DNA of 64,000 bases from Trichosphaerium sp. ATCC 40318 (taxonomy: Eukaryota > Protista > Tubulinea): positions 224,385 to 288,384 of the forward strand of contig JALMLS010000361.1 in NCBI GenBank assembly GCA_038496445.1, given 5' to 3'. This document shows, piece after piece, positions 27,270 to 39,338 of the stretch (position 1 is the first letter of the stretch; each line of letters begins with the position of its first letter). The position numbers and the translations under genes are program-made. The notes under the pieces were generated by a model, which did no database searches, was not told the origin of the DNA, and saw nothing but the letters and a program-made list of their open reading frames with translations.

Positions 27270-28992
27270 TCACGTTTTATCATGGAAAAATATGCTGGCG
27301 TATTTCAAATACCATAACAGCCTAGTGACCCAATAAGCGCTTATAAAAGCCATGTTGAATGAAAGAACCATACAAAGCAGTACAAGACGTTCCTACAACT
27401 TGTCAGCAATGGCAAAAAAAAAAGAGAACAAAATATCTAATGGTTTACGCTCGTTTGCTCTATCAACAATATCGTACATGCTTGATCAAATCATTTACAT
27501 TCTTCCATCTTATGAAATAAACTTCTTCAGCATTTGTATTAGGCCAACCTTGTTGAGCTTCAACGAGCCTTAGATAGCTTAATCGCCTTTCGACATCTTT
27601 TTGATAAACAGCAGGATTTTGTCTAAGACCGCTTTGATTGTCCACTTCCCATCCCCTATTTGATTGCTGTTAGGTTTGTAATAATAAACATGACAAAATT
27701 TATGCTCGTACTTGACACAGCTTTGGCAACCCTTAGGGCTCTCATCTACCTCACAAGCCACCCAAAAATGATTAGTTGAATTCGTGACAAGTTCTGGTTC
27801 TGTACTATTCGTTGTTATATTATGCCAAGGACGCCTTCATTGTTTTGTTGTTAGTACTGATGTAATAATACATACAGAATATTTCAAGAAAGAAGAAGGG
27901 CTTGTGTTGACTTGAGTGATCATCAAATTGAATACAAATGCGTACCCGATATGCATAACAGGTGCCAGGCATAATCTGCAATAACTAGTAGATTGCTCTT
28001 CAATCACACAAGCGTAAGTACTCTCCGACATACTATTTAAAAACGTGAGTAATTGCTAAAAATGTAAAGAGTTACATTTCAAGGTTTACGAAGTATCCTG
28101 GCATCATATAAGCAAGCTCATTCGAATAATTCTCCCTGAATTCATTCTCAGGGGTTATGGTGATTATACCTACCAACATTAATGCATACAGTTCCCGAAA
28201 TACGGAAAAAAAAAAGTCCGTCATGCATGCTAAGAAAACTCACCTGCTTTATCGATATAGTACAAGTCACGGCACACCACACCTAAAATTCAGTGTGAAA
28301 TTACTAATTTTACAATAGCAACGAGCTTGGTACCTATTGTAATACCAACAATAATGGAGATTACAGCAATGCCCAAATGAAGTATTACCCACTCAGTAAA
28401 CTCAAAAATGACGCCTGTAACAAACGTCAAAAGCGATCAAAATGACCTATATCTACCTCTTATAACAAAGTAGTCGCCCAGCTGAGCACTATTTGTACTT
28501 TTAGACTCAAGAAGGCGAATAAAAAGGTCAAATCAAAGAATTATTATCAACGAACCAATATTTTATGAAAATGTACTGTCCAATACAAGGTAGGAAGAAA
28601 CTTATTAGCCCCACAGCCCATGGATGCCCTACACCTAACCAATACGCAAGTATTTGGTAACTAAAACAGAGTTAAAGAATTTTCAAATAAGTTTTTGTGA
28701 CAACGCACGTGAAAAGTATTAACAATAAGAACCCTAATAGCAACCAACACCTTGTAAACCATTCGCATTTCTCAGAACCTTTTTTGCCTTTTTTCGCATC
28801 CCTCAATGGCGGGTTCTCCTTCTCTGATTCCTCCGAGTCCTCTGTAAGCAAAGGCATTGCGAGAGGTGGGTTGTTGAGTCTATTGAGCTGTGGTTGGTTT
28901 TGAACACTGTTAACAGCGTCGGTTCGTTCATAATCGCTTGGTAACTCGTCATAATCCATCGTTACAGCCACTGCCTTTTGGCTGATGCGCAT
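27270..28992 (-). CDS. Hypothetical multi-pass membrane protein with Cys-rich loop
   Basis: Exons with hydrophobic stretches (CWLLLGFLLLILFTCVV; LVLLCMVLSFNMAFISAYW) and Cys-rich segments (YACV..YCRLCLAP; VACEV..GCQSCV); family not recognised. Confidence 0.55.
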
Positions 28993-29595
28993 TATGTAAT
29001 TACTGGAAGCTAGCTTTACGCCAAATATTGCTCTGGTCTACTTTAACGTGAAGTATGTTGATTGCGATAAACGGAATAATTAGTTATGGCTAATTTTGAT
29101 TTTGCTCATCAAATACCCAGCGAGTAATTTGATCCCTTCCTCGTGTCACTCTTTATTATGATTTAAAAAAAGCCTTTTCCCTCAATCCCGTTTTCTTCGT
29201 GTACTAGTGAAAGCAGCCACAAGTAAACAAAATAAAATTTCCTTTTCCAGATATTAGTTCACAATGTTATCGCTTTTCACGTCTCCAGTAAAGGTTCGCT
29301 TTTGAAACTGGGTTTACAATGAATATTATACGTAGGAAATGGCTATGAGAATGCTCACTATGGTACAATAGTAGACTAAATGAGTTTTGAAAAAAATTTC
29401 TTTAACATCAATACTTTTCCTCAGCACATAAACGAATCGCAAAATAGATTTTGGGCCTATAAGTGTAGCATTATAGCTACACGTTAAAAATACCAATTGA
29501 AGTTTAAGATGGTTCTGAGGTGAGTAAAAACGAGACGTCTCAAATATCTTCGATATATTAAAAAATCAAAGTTCCATAATTTTTCGAAACTGAAT

Positions 29596-29911
29596 CAAAA
29601 GCGTTGCTCCTCTAGGCACCATCGAGAAGCCCTCTCCTTTCTGTGCCTGCGCCATTCGTAACTATTGACGCCCAAACGTACACGAAGATGGCCTCTGCCT
29701 GAATCTTGTAATGGTTGCCGTAAAGATACTTTATTGGTTAACATAGTTGGTGGCGATGGCCACTTCTTGCGATTGGTATGGAGGCTTTGGAGAGTGTACA
29801 TCCCTACGCGATACCTCACTGACGCAGGCAGAATGCGCCACCTTACTGTTACGAAACTGGACTGGCTGAGGTTTGAGATATTGGCTTTGGATTTCCGGCT
29901 ACCTTTTTTTT
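29596..29911 (+). ncRNA. Candidate structured non-coding RNA (possibly Pol III)
   Basis: GC-richer island in a long intergenic gap; nested complementary segments tgcctgcg/cgcaggca, gtacac/gtgtac, gaagatggcc/ggccacttc; ends in a T run; family not identified. Confidence 0.4.
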
Positions 29912-30349
29912 GTTTTGAGGCTTGCAATATATTCCTATTAGAGTGTATGTATACGCTATTAAGTTGCATTAACTACGTTCAAGCCTACCTTCATGAGCCT
30001 GCATCAAACAAATTCCGTCGTATAGTCTCTGTAACGTAACCTGCAGCAAAACATACTAGGAGCGCTGTTGGATCATGTGCTTACAAGTACAGTGATGGTA
30101 GATGGCCATTGTGATACAAAAAAAAAGGAGAAGCAGACGAAAATATAAGATTGGTACAAAACTCAGTAGCGATCCTGACGAATGCCAACACTTTACTTCT
30201 TAATACATAATAAACGAAATGACAAATAAACACCATCATTTACTAGTGACAACAGCGTAGTACTAAAATAAAGAAAAATTGAGTGCTGGTGCATCACTCT
30301 TTTTTTTTTTTCGGGCTTTGTTGTGACTTATTAATTCATTAATGAGCAA

Positions 30350-33300
30350 TTATCTTCTTCTATCATCTTCATCGTCATCATAACCAGCGTCACCGTATTG
30401 CCAGATACCGATACGATCTTCTTTTGCAGCTTCTTGTTCCTTACGCAATTCTTTGACCTTGAAAAAAGACTGTCAGTGCCTGTAAAAACGCCCAACTAAT
30501 TTCAAAAAGAAAACAAAATAATCATAAAAAATCAGAGCGCAGTTATTCTCAGTGACAACCTCCTACACCAAATATTTGGCGCAGGAGGTGTCATCAAATG
30601 ACACGCAATACGCGGGATATCATCAGAACGATGAGACAAAAAAAATAATAAGAAAGCGTCCAACTACGTACTTGGTTAACCATTTCTTTAGGCCATTTGC
30701 GTGGACCACCAATCTTTCTCTTATCTGACGGTACAAGTGCAAGACCGTGTTTTACCATTTCAGCGTTGAGGAAGTACTGTCCATCTGTATCTCCAAGGAG
30801 CACATGAAGGCAGTCACCCTGTCTAAATTGGACCTTTGCGACTGTTTCGCGACCCCAAGCAAATGATTTCAAAAAGTCAACAGCATCTCTAGCATTGTCG
30901 TCTTCGTGTTCTTCTTCTGTTGGACACTAAAAACGCCAGTACATTAGCACACTGAAAAAATAAAAAACGGTTATTCACTAAATCAAATACGTACTTGAAT
31001 GTAAGCAAGCTTAGCAAAAAGTGCTTGGCTTGGGAGTACTGAAGGACCATGGCTACTTGCGTTGATAGCACGGATCTTAGATGGCAAAGTGATTTGCTCC
31101 TAGAAAGGAATAAGACACCAACATACTAAATAAAGAAAAAAAACGCAATACGTACGTTACCGTAATCGACGAAGAGCAAGTGGTACTTAATAGGTTCTGG
31201 GGCAGCAGGTTCTTGGCCTTCTTCAGGTTTCTCGATCTTTGGTCTCAAGACCTTCAAGCACTTGGCACGATACCATTGACCATCAGCATCAAACTTGGCA
31301 ACACAGATATCACCGGCGGAAGGTACGAATTCTGGCATAGATGCGAAATCAGTTTGACCAAATTCAGCCATGAGTTCCTCAAGTTGTTTAAGTTCATCGG
31401 AGACAGTTTGGAACCAGAAGGTATGACCATCAACAACGTGTGTCAAGTAGATTTTGTGGACTTCTTGTTTAGCTGCCATCTTGGCGCCAGGAGTACTTTC
31501 ATCTCTCTCTCGTCTTTTGGCAGCACGCTCAGCACGAACCTTCTCGCGGTCATAACCTTGCCAGACGTTCTTCTGTTGGTCTTGTGCTCGTGTTTGAGTG
31601 TCAGAGTAGATTGTCTCGAATCTGTGACCCTGATAGTAAAAAAGAATGAGAAAAGGAGTTGTAAGGAAAGAAAAACAATGTTACCTCGAGGGAAGAGTAG
31701 AAAACCTTGCCCAAACCTTCTTCGAGAATCATTTCGCCAAAGTCTCTATCGCCCATCTTTAGTGTACCGAAGAAAGTACCATATTTATCAATGCTTTCCA
31801 CTCGGATTGTAACGTAGTGTTGAAGTATCCTGAAATAAGTGTTAATAGGAAAGATAAATATCATTATCATACTTGTCGCGAGCCCAGTGGAGTGCGTAGT
31901 TACCGAGACTTTCGTTGCGGTTGTAATAAGCTGGTTTTCCTTGTGGAGATGTTCTTTTAGGTTTCTCAGTACTAGAGGATAAGTTAGCAACTGGTTTCCA
32001 TTAAAAAAAAAAAGTACGTACTTGATACCAATTAGGGAGAATGAGAGCATGATGGATTCACGAGGGATCCACAACTTAACACGGCTAGCACTAAAGACAT
32101 ACTCGACTATAGCACGCATATCACCGCTACGTTTTAAAAATTCGACTTGGACCTTGCACTTATTACGTGTTTCCTTGTTTTGCTGGGAAAAAAGTTAGCC
32201 CAAGAAAGGAAACTAGTCAGGAATAGAAAAAAAAAAAGCGCACTTGAGAAAGATCGTTAACACGAATATTTGTTGGTGGTTTCTTTGAGTGTAATCCTCG
32301 GTTTGTTTTTTTGGCGAGTGCTTCAGCTTCAAGTAGTTTACCATAAGCGTCGTTACGGTGCTCACCACTAATCAATAAATAAACAATGAAAAGATAATTA
32401 GGAGGCGTACCGAGCATCGACAACCTTGGCGAAACCACGTCTAACGAGCTCAAGTGCAACGTTAAGGTCAGTCTCTTTACCAGGCAAATGTACGCTCCAG
32501 AATTGCTTCTCTGGGACACCATCTCTGAGTTTAGGACGCAAGTAATCAGCGTGACATTCGACCTGAAACAAAGTCAATAAAAACAAAAAGATGATGATTT
32601 TCAATGTGCATACAGTTTTGCCAATGAGAGTATCACGCAAGTATTCTCTTGCTTGCCAAGCGACAATAGCCTCACGTTTCTCGTTTGTCTTTTCAAGGCG
32701 CTCTTCTTTTGTACCTTCAATCTTCATTTGATCGATATCGGTACGTCTGACTAAGCGAGGTACAGAAATTGAAGACAAGCTCAATTTCATGTCGAGTTGG
32801 TTCTTGTTGGTGTTACGCAAGATGCGGATGGTACCAGCGTTGACGATTTCAACGACGCGAGCTTTGAAGTTGAGCTTGCTACCGCGCTTTTGGGTTTTTC
32901 CGGCGCGTGCAACATGTGCTGGGTCCCACAAATGTGTTTTGGCTTCTCTTGCAACATTTTCGGCTTTTTTCAAGCTCTCGAGTTGATCAGAAGGGGCAGA
33001 CCAGCTTACAACTTCAGCTAAACCAACTTGAAGGAGCTCAATAGCAATATTCTTGCCGTCGACCAAAACAGTTCCGAAGAAGCTGTCAAATTTATCAATA
33101 CCTAAGACTGGGATCAGAAACCTATTTTCGACACGTCATCACGTACCCTCAAGTATCAAGGTAGCATCTCTGTGAAGACCTTGACGTTCAGCATAAAATT
33201 TAGCTTCACGAGCGAATGGCTCAGGTTCTTTGGCGTTGTACTAAATAAAGTCAATAAGAGTCAACATTGATCTTTTTGTTCTTCTCTTTGAAGAGACGTG

Positions 33301-34571
33301 CGGGGGTATTACTTACCTTGTACATTGGAGTTTTGATACCAGCCAAAAGAACTTGGAATACGACAGCCTCACCTCTGTCGGTCAAATTAGGGACAAATAC
33401 ACGGAATGTGCTTCCTGAGCGAATTTGTTCAATTACGCCTAATGGGAGTGAGAAAAACTCAATGAATAAGGGCACAATACCATCAAGTGGCTTTTTCTTG
33501 TATTTGTTGAAGAAATCAAGGCGATTTGAGTCTGTGATTTCTTTAATCTTTCTAGGTGCTCCAGAAGATGCGTCTGCGCTAAATTGGCCTACTTTGGCTT
33601 CTTTTGCTTTGGTTTGAAGAGCATTTACATAGCTAGAAACTCCATCAACAACGAAATAAAAATACAATAATTACATACTCGTAAAGGTACTCATCTTTGC
33701 TACCACGCTTTCCTTTACCTTCATTTACAGTGGCAAAACCAGCGGCTACGACAGCAGAACGGATATCCTTGGATAAATAAGCGATTTTTGACTTTATATA
33801 TACTTGAATTCAAAACAAAAAAATTTGTGAAGGTCAGATTTTCATGGTACCTTATCTTTGTCGAATTTTGTGCCTAGCCAGACTTCAGAGTAGTTACGCA
33901 AGCCTTTGCCAAGAGAGTGCTCAATTCTGAAGGTAACAGTTTGGCCAATGAGCTTCTTACGCAAGAATTCACGAGCTGCGAAAGCGAATTTCTGAAAAAA
34001 GTGTCAGAACGAATTTATAAAATAAAATTACGGCTTACAGCTTCTTTTTGGTCGTTGCTACGTCCAAATAGTCTGGTGAGATATGGTGCGCGTAGGCCCA
34101 CGAGAGTGAGTTCTTTCTCTTCAGGGGTACCACTGACGGATGAATCAATAACCCAAACCTACGCAAGAAGCTACGTCAGCATAGAGAGGGAATAAAAAAA
34201 TTATTTCTGACAAAAAATTTCGTTTCAGTATTCTTTTGGCGTACCTTGATTGTATCTCCTGAAGTGACCTCTTTTACAAGACCGCGGTACAATTTATTTC
34301 TGTCGGCGCTTGTTTGGCGCTCCTTTGCAGCACGTTTACCTTTGTCTTGGCTTTTGTTAGCGCCTTTGTTTGCGCCATTGTTTGAGCCCTTCTTTGGTGC
34401 AGCAGCGCGACCTTTGTTCTGACGTACTCCAGCAGCGACGTTGGATGCTCTGTTGCCTCTTGCGCCTCCGTTTGACCGCTTTGGCGCTTGTTGACGAACA
34501 GGTTGCGCAGCAGGTGTGCTCGAAGGTTCGCTTGCCTTCGACCAATCCTTTGGTTTGTTCCACGCACTCAT
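30350..34571 (-). CDS. SND1: Tudor staphylococcal nuclease (Tudor-SN)
   Basis: GLVKEVTSGDTIKV, AREFLRKKLIG, EPFAREAKFY, NIAIELLQVGLA, NVALELVRRGFAKV, Tudor GDICVAKFDADGQWYRAK..FVDYGN, C-terminal IWQYGD. Confidence 0.95.
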
Positions 34572-35644
34572 ACTGTAGAAAAGGCGTCAACAAAACACGG
34601 AAAAGTCTCTATACTTTAAAAAACACTGCAACTGTTTAGTAACTAGCGACAAGGATCCACAAAAGGCTAACCAATAACGTCTAGCTACTAAAGAGGCACA
34701 CACAAGAAGATCTGGAGCAATACGGAACGTACGAGGAATAGGTGTATTAAGAACTAGTGAGGTGTTCGCAAGTAAGAGAGGCTTGCTTGGTCAAAACAAA
34801 TAACTCTTAAAATCTCAACTTAAAATTGGGTTGGACTTTTTTGTGCAAAATTTTCCTACGCTAAAAATTGCCAACAACGAACTTCACTCTGCTTCCTATG
34901 TTTATTTCTTTGTTGAAGCTTTCTAGTTTTCGTTAAAACTCCAAAATTACATTATTTCGCCACGTAATCACTGCAAACCACTTGTAATACATTTATTGAG
35001 CGTAGAGTACAATGTAGTGAGTGTATTACCAATATCGCCACGTGGCTGACGACTTTTCGTGGTGGGTCAAGACCAGTGAGTCAGATTGAAAAGAGCTGCA
35101 ACAACCTTCCACAGGACGGCCCTCGCGTACGGTCGCTATTTTTGGTGCAACTAGGTGCGCAGCTTCGTTTGCGAAGTAAATCTATTAAACATACGCCGTT
35201 TTACAAACGAAAACCTATTTTTTAGCGTGCCAATGCATTTTGATGAAAAATAAAAAGCAGTTGAGTTTCTTAGTTTTTAGTTCTGTTATTCAATGAGTAT
35301 ACGCAATAGATCTATACTAAAAGAATATCCCTAACGTGAAAACTACCTGTAGTTCGAACTGATCCTTAGGAGGACTAGAAACACAGTTTTCCTGAAGCGG
35401 AAAACAGAACAAAATTTGCAGCAGTCCTGTGAGTGACTCGTACAAGACCAGTTATGGCATATGGCCATATGTGATGTGGCTATTAACGACTTAACAAAAA
35501 TGTGAAAAAAGTTGTTTTTTGATGGCATAAAAAACCGCTTGGAGTTTATTCCGCAGTCAAAGTTCGTTTGTTACTCAGTCGTGGCACCAACAGTTGTGTG
35601 ACATCGCTGCATGTATTTTGCGAGTGTACCGTTGGTATTGACAC

Positions 35645-37906
35645 ATGAAAAGTGCTGCTACGGCGTTTAAACGGCTACAAGAACCTACCATTAACCGACG
35701 GAGGCAGTATCTTGACCATTATGCAGAGGACAAGCGTATTTTAATTCTAGACGACTGGTACAACGTTAATTACGCTGACTTAAGATTTCACTCTAGAGCT
35801 GGCATAGTGTACGCAATTATACGACCAATTGGTGTTGAAAAATAAACTAGTTACCAATACCACGACAACCTAGTGTCGTGCCTTGCACATACTTACCCTG
35901 ATATGAATTGGAAGCCGTGGCGCTTCAAGTACGCTTTTTTGTGATAAATGTAATTACAATGACAACCAAAGGCAAGTGTCAGCAAAGGTATGGCAATTAG
36001 CGCAGCACCAAAGGGAAGCTATAGAATATGTCAGCGAAGTATTGAGTGTAAAGGAATTAGATGCGTGGGCTGGAGTGACAATAGCTGATTGTGTCAATGC
36101 TGGTTTGGGCGGACTAATGTGAGCTATGAACAACGGTAATGAAAACTTATTGCATTTTTTATTTAGCCAAACGTGTTACAAGGGCTCATTGACAAGCTGT
36201 TTGAGCACTCTATACCCAGAGCACGTGTTTAGTACATGGTCAGTTACTAAATTCGTTTTTTGTAATCATTTTTTGCTTCTTCTTGTTAATGCTGTATGTC
36301 AGGCTTACAGATAGTTTAAATAACGTTGCAATGGATCTTAAGATTAATTGCTTGGATGATTGGTATTACGCCAGTATTACTGATGCTGTTAGAGGCGGTG
36401 CAAGGCTTCTTATGTAATTTTTGTGTTTACTGAAATGTTGTACTCATTATTGTTTAACAGTGAACGTTATGAGACACTAGCTAACTGTGTTTCTATTGCA
36501 TATCCCCATCATTCATGGCAACTCCACAAGTTTGAGTACGAAGGATTGTTTGTTCTCTCGTTTGCTCATAGTGTCGTAGATCCATGCCCTTAGACTATTG
36601 GAGCAACGAACAGAATCAAGCACTTGCACTTAATGAAATATCACAGGAATTGAACATCAAGAGTTTGAGTGAGTGGTACAATTACGAAGAGTCTAAAATA
36701 CGAGTACTCCTGAAGATGCACGTTGCAAGCGGATTACTGTACAAATGTTCACAGCAAGACATCAAACTAATGTATGCTTTGCAGATCTTATTTTGATGGC
36801 TCCGTTAGTGCCTTGCTTAAAAGCTCTTTCCCTGGGAACTCTGGTGTTAAAAGAGTATTCAAACGGAAATCTCTTAACTGGGCTGAGTTATTTAAACGCA
36901 TTCCTTTGACTCGACCAAAAAAGCAAAAATCCAACAATAGTGTAGAGTTGTTTGATCAAGCAAGGGAAGATTTCAAGACAAGACCATTCACTTCAGCTAA
37001 AAAAAGTTATTGGCTCCACAAAGGAGATGACATTGCATTCTTATCAAGTGTAAAAGCAAACTTGCGGATAACTAATCCAGAAATGTGGTACAACTCTTTT
37101 TGTTTTGGACTTTTATCGCATGTATGCGCACTAAGCTATGTAGGTACCGGGTTCCGACTCAACTATTAACAATGTTTGGTGGGCGAAAGCTTATGAAGAA
37201 CTGGCCTCACGTGCTCAAAAATGTTGAGCCGAACTTTCCATTTGTTTGGGAAAATTTCGCTACAAGTACTAAACAACATAAGCAAACGTACGTTCAGTCC
37301 ACTCTATGTTTGCAACAAGCTCACTTTTTAAATATTAGTAAGCTAAAGGGAGTCATACAGTCGATATTCCCAAATTGTACAGTAATGGAAGAGACTACAG
37401 TTGAGTTAATGTCCACAACCAAAAGTGGTGTTGTTGTTGATGTTTATGTACCATATCACAACCTTGCTATTGAGTATCAAGGTGTGCCTTGATGTATTTT
37501 AGCATATTAATAGTTGTATTCAGGCGAACAACATTACAAGGATGTATTTAAATGGCATTCTAGCAATGTACAACGATTACGTGATTCAGAAAAGAAGCAG
37601 CTCTGCGAAGATTCAGGTACACATTGTTAGACAATCTCTCATTTAACGTATGCGACTAGGAGTTGTACTTGTTCCAATACCTTTTTGGTGGAGTGGCGAT
37701 AGAGCGTCCATAATGGCTACGCTTATGTACTATAAACCGAGTTTAAACTTGAATGTTAGCAAAGAAGTGGCTCCTCTTTTAGATTCAGATTTTGATTTTG
37801 GAGGTTTGCATTTTCTTTCTTTGCAGGTATTTTAACCATCTTTTTAGCTACCAACATGAAAATCATGAGTCCTGGAGAAGGTGATGTATCTGGAGCTGTA
37901 CAATAG
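35645..37906 (+). CDS. W-rich repeat + Vsr/RAP-like nuclease protein (paralog 3, 5 repeats); start uncertain
   Basis: Repeats RRQYLD..LDDWYNV..YPDMNWKPWRF, PLDYWSNEQNQ..LNIKSLSEWYN; C-terminus VMEET..VDVYVPYHNLAIEYQG|EQHYKD..RDSEKKQLC..GVVLVPIPFWW. Confidence 0.82.
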
Positions 37907-37985
37907 CGAATAAGTGTGTAGTTACATTTGTAAATAGTAGTTGGGATTGTTTATCTTTATTGTTGAAAACTCTGGTGTACAACAA

Positions 37986-39026
37986 TTACAGAACTCCGTC
38001 CATCGCCTTGATAATCATATTGACGCAAGTAAACTTACATGGTGTCTTTTTATTTGTAAACAAGTTTTTTATTGCTTTTGTAAGTGTACACTTGTAACTA
38101 AGTTTTTTTCCATGTACAAACTCCCACATCCTTGTATTTTTGAGTATACCCAGCCATTTAATACCCTCTTCTGTTATATTTTGACACTCCATCAACGTGA
38201 TGGTGTGTGCACCGACCAAAGCTTTCAACCCTTCATCTGTTACCTTTGTTCCAGAAAAGTAGATTGTGTGTACACCTGCTAACGCTTTTATGCCCCTATC
38301 TGTGATTAAATGACAATTCTCCAGTTTGATAGTGTGGACACCTTCTAGTGATTTCAAACCTTTATCAGTTACTTTTGTTCCTGATAAATCAATTGTATGT
38401 ACTCCTTTCAAAACTACCAAACCTTCGTTTGTTATATTGGTAAATGCTAATCCAATTTTGCGCACCGGCTCTTATCTGTTATTAAACATCCACTCAGGTT
38501 TATAGAATAACACCCTGCCAAGGGAGTCACTCCTTCATCTGTAATATCACAGTAAGACAAGTTGATAGTGTGTACACCAGCTAACGCTATCAAGCTTTCA
38601 TCAGTTACCTTTGTGTATGATAAATCAATGTCATGTACACCTGCTAAAGCCTTGATTCCATTAGCTGCAATATGCCTACAATATGAAAGACTGATTGTGT
38701 ACTCCCGAAAGCATAATTAAACCATCAAATAGCTCAGGGCTTGGTAAACTATTGTACCAAATTTTCGTGTTCTGAAGTAAAGGGCTACCAGAAAGCAGGT
38801 ACAGATCATCTTCTTTTGTTACGTAAATATTACTATATCCAACGTGCATATGGACAATCTCTCGCATCAAACGACAGGTTTGGGCTGATCTCAGAGTAAA
38901 TGTGCCGCATTTCAAAATAAGAACGATAATCTCAACTGGAAGCGAGATGAGGTTGACTGAACGCCATTGGCTTGGGCCAGAATCGTTTGTCTTTTTATTC
39001 GTTGGTTCGTTTCTTCTTTTTTCCAT
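37986..39026 (-). pseudogene. Intronless F-box + leucine-rich-repeat (GVHTIDLS type) gene with two frameshifts
   Basis: F-box LISLPVEIIVLILK; LRRs GVHTIDLSGTKVTDKGLKSL continue across three frames; breaks near 38696 (CAC A ATC, likely 2-nt loss) and near 38470. Confidence 0.8.
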
Positions 39027-39338
39027 GTAGTGTCTATAAAATGAAGACCGCTAATTTGTAGTCACCCACGTGAAATTGTTATGATAATGTTAACTAAAAA
39101 TTGAATGAAGAGTCTTGACCCGCCTTGGAGTAGACGCGTACTAAATAACATTGTAAAAGTATAGGATTGCTTTACTTAACGTGGATTGTAGAAGTTAATA
39201 ACAATAAATCACGTGATACTTTGACAAAGGAGAAAAAATTTGATTTAAAAAGTTAACTACTATCCATACGGTTGCTTATCTGGATTAGTTACAGTTGTTA
39301 CAAACAAGTACTTGGTTTTTTTTTTTGTATTTCATAAA

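Noticed and set aside
29600-29645. Minus-strand GAAAGGAGAG / AGGGCTTCT resembling U6atac or U11 5' motifs
   Set aside because: Only 9-10 nt match; the downstream conserved elements and Sm site are not found.
31180-31812. 210-aa plus-strand ORF
   Set aside because: Antisense to Tudor-SN exons; no motif.
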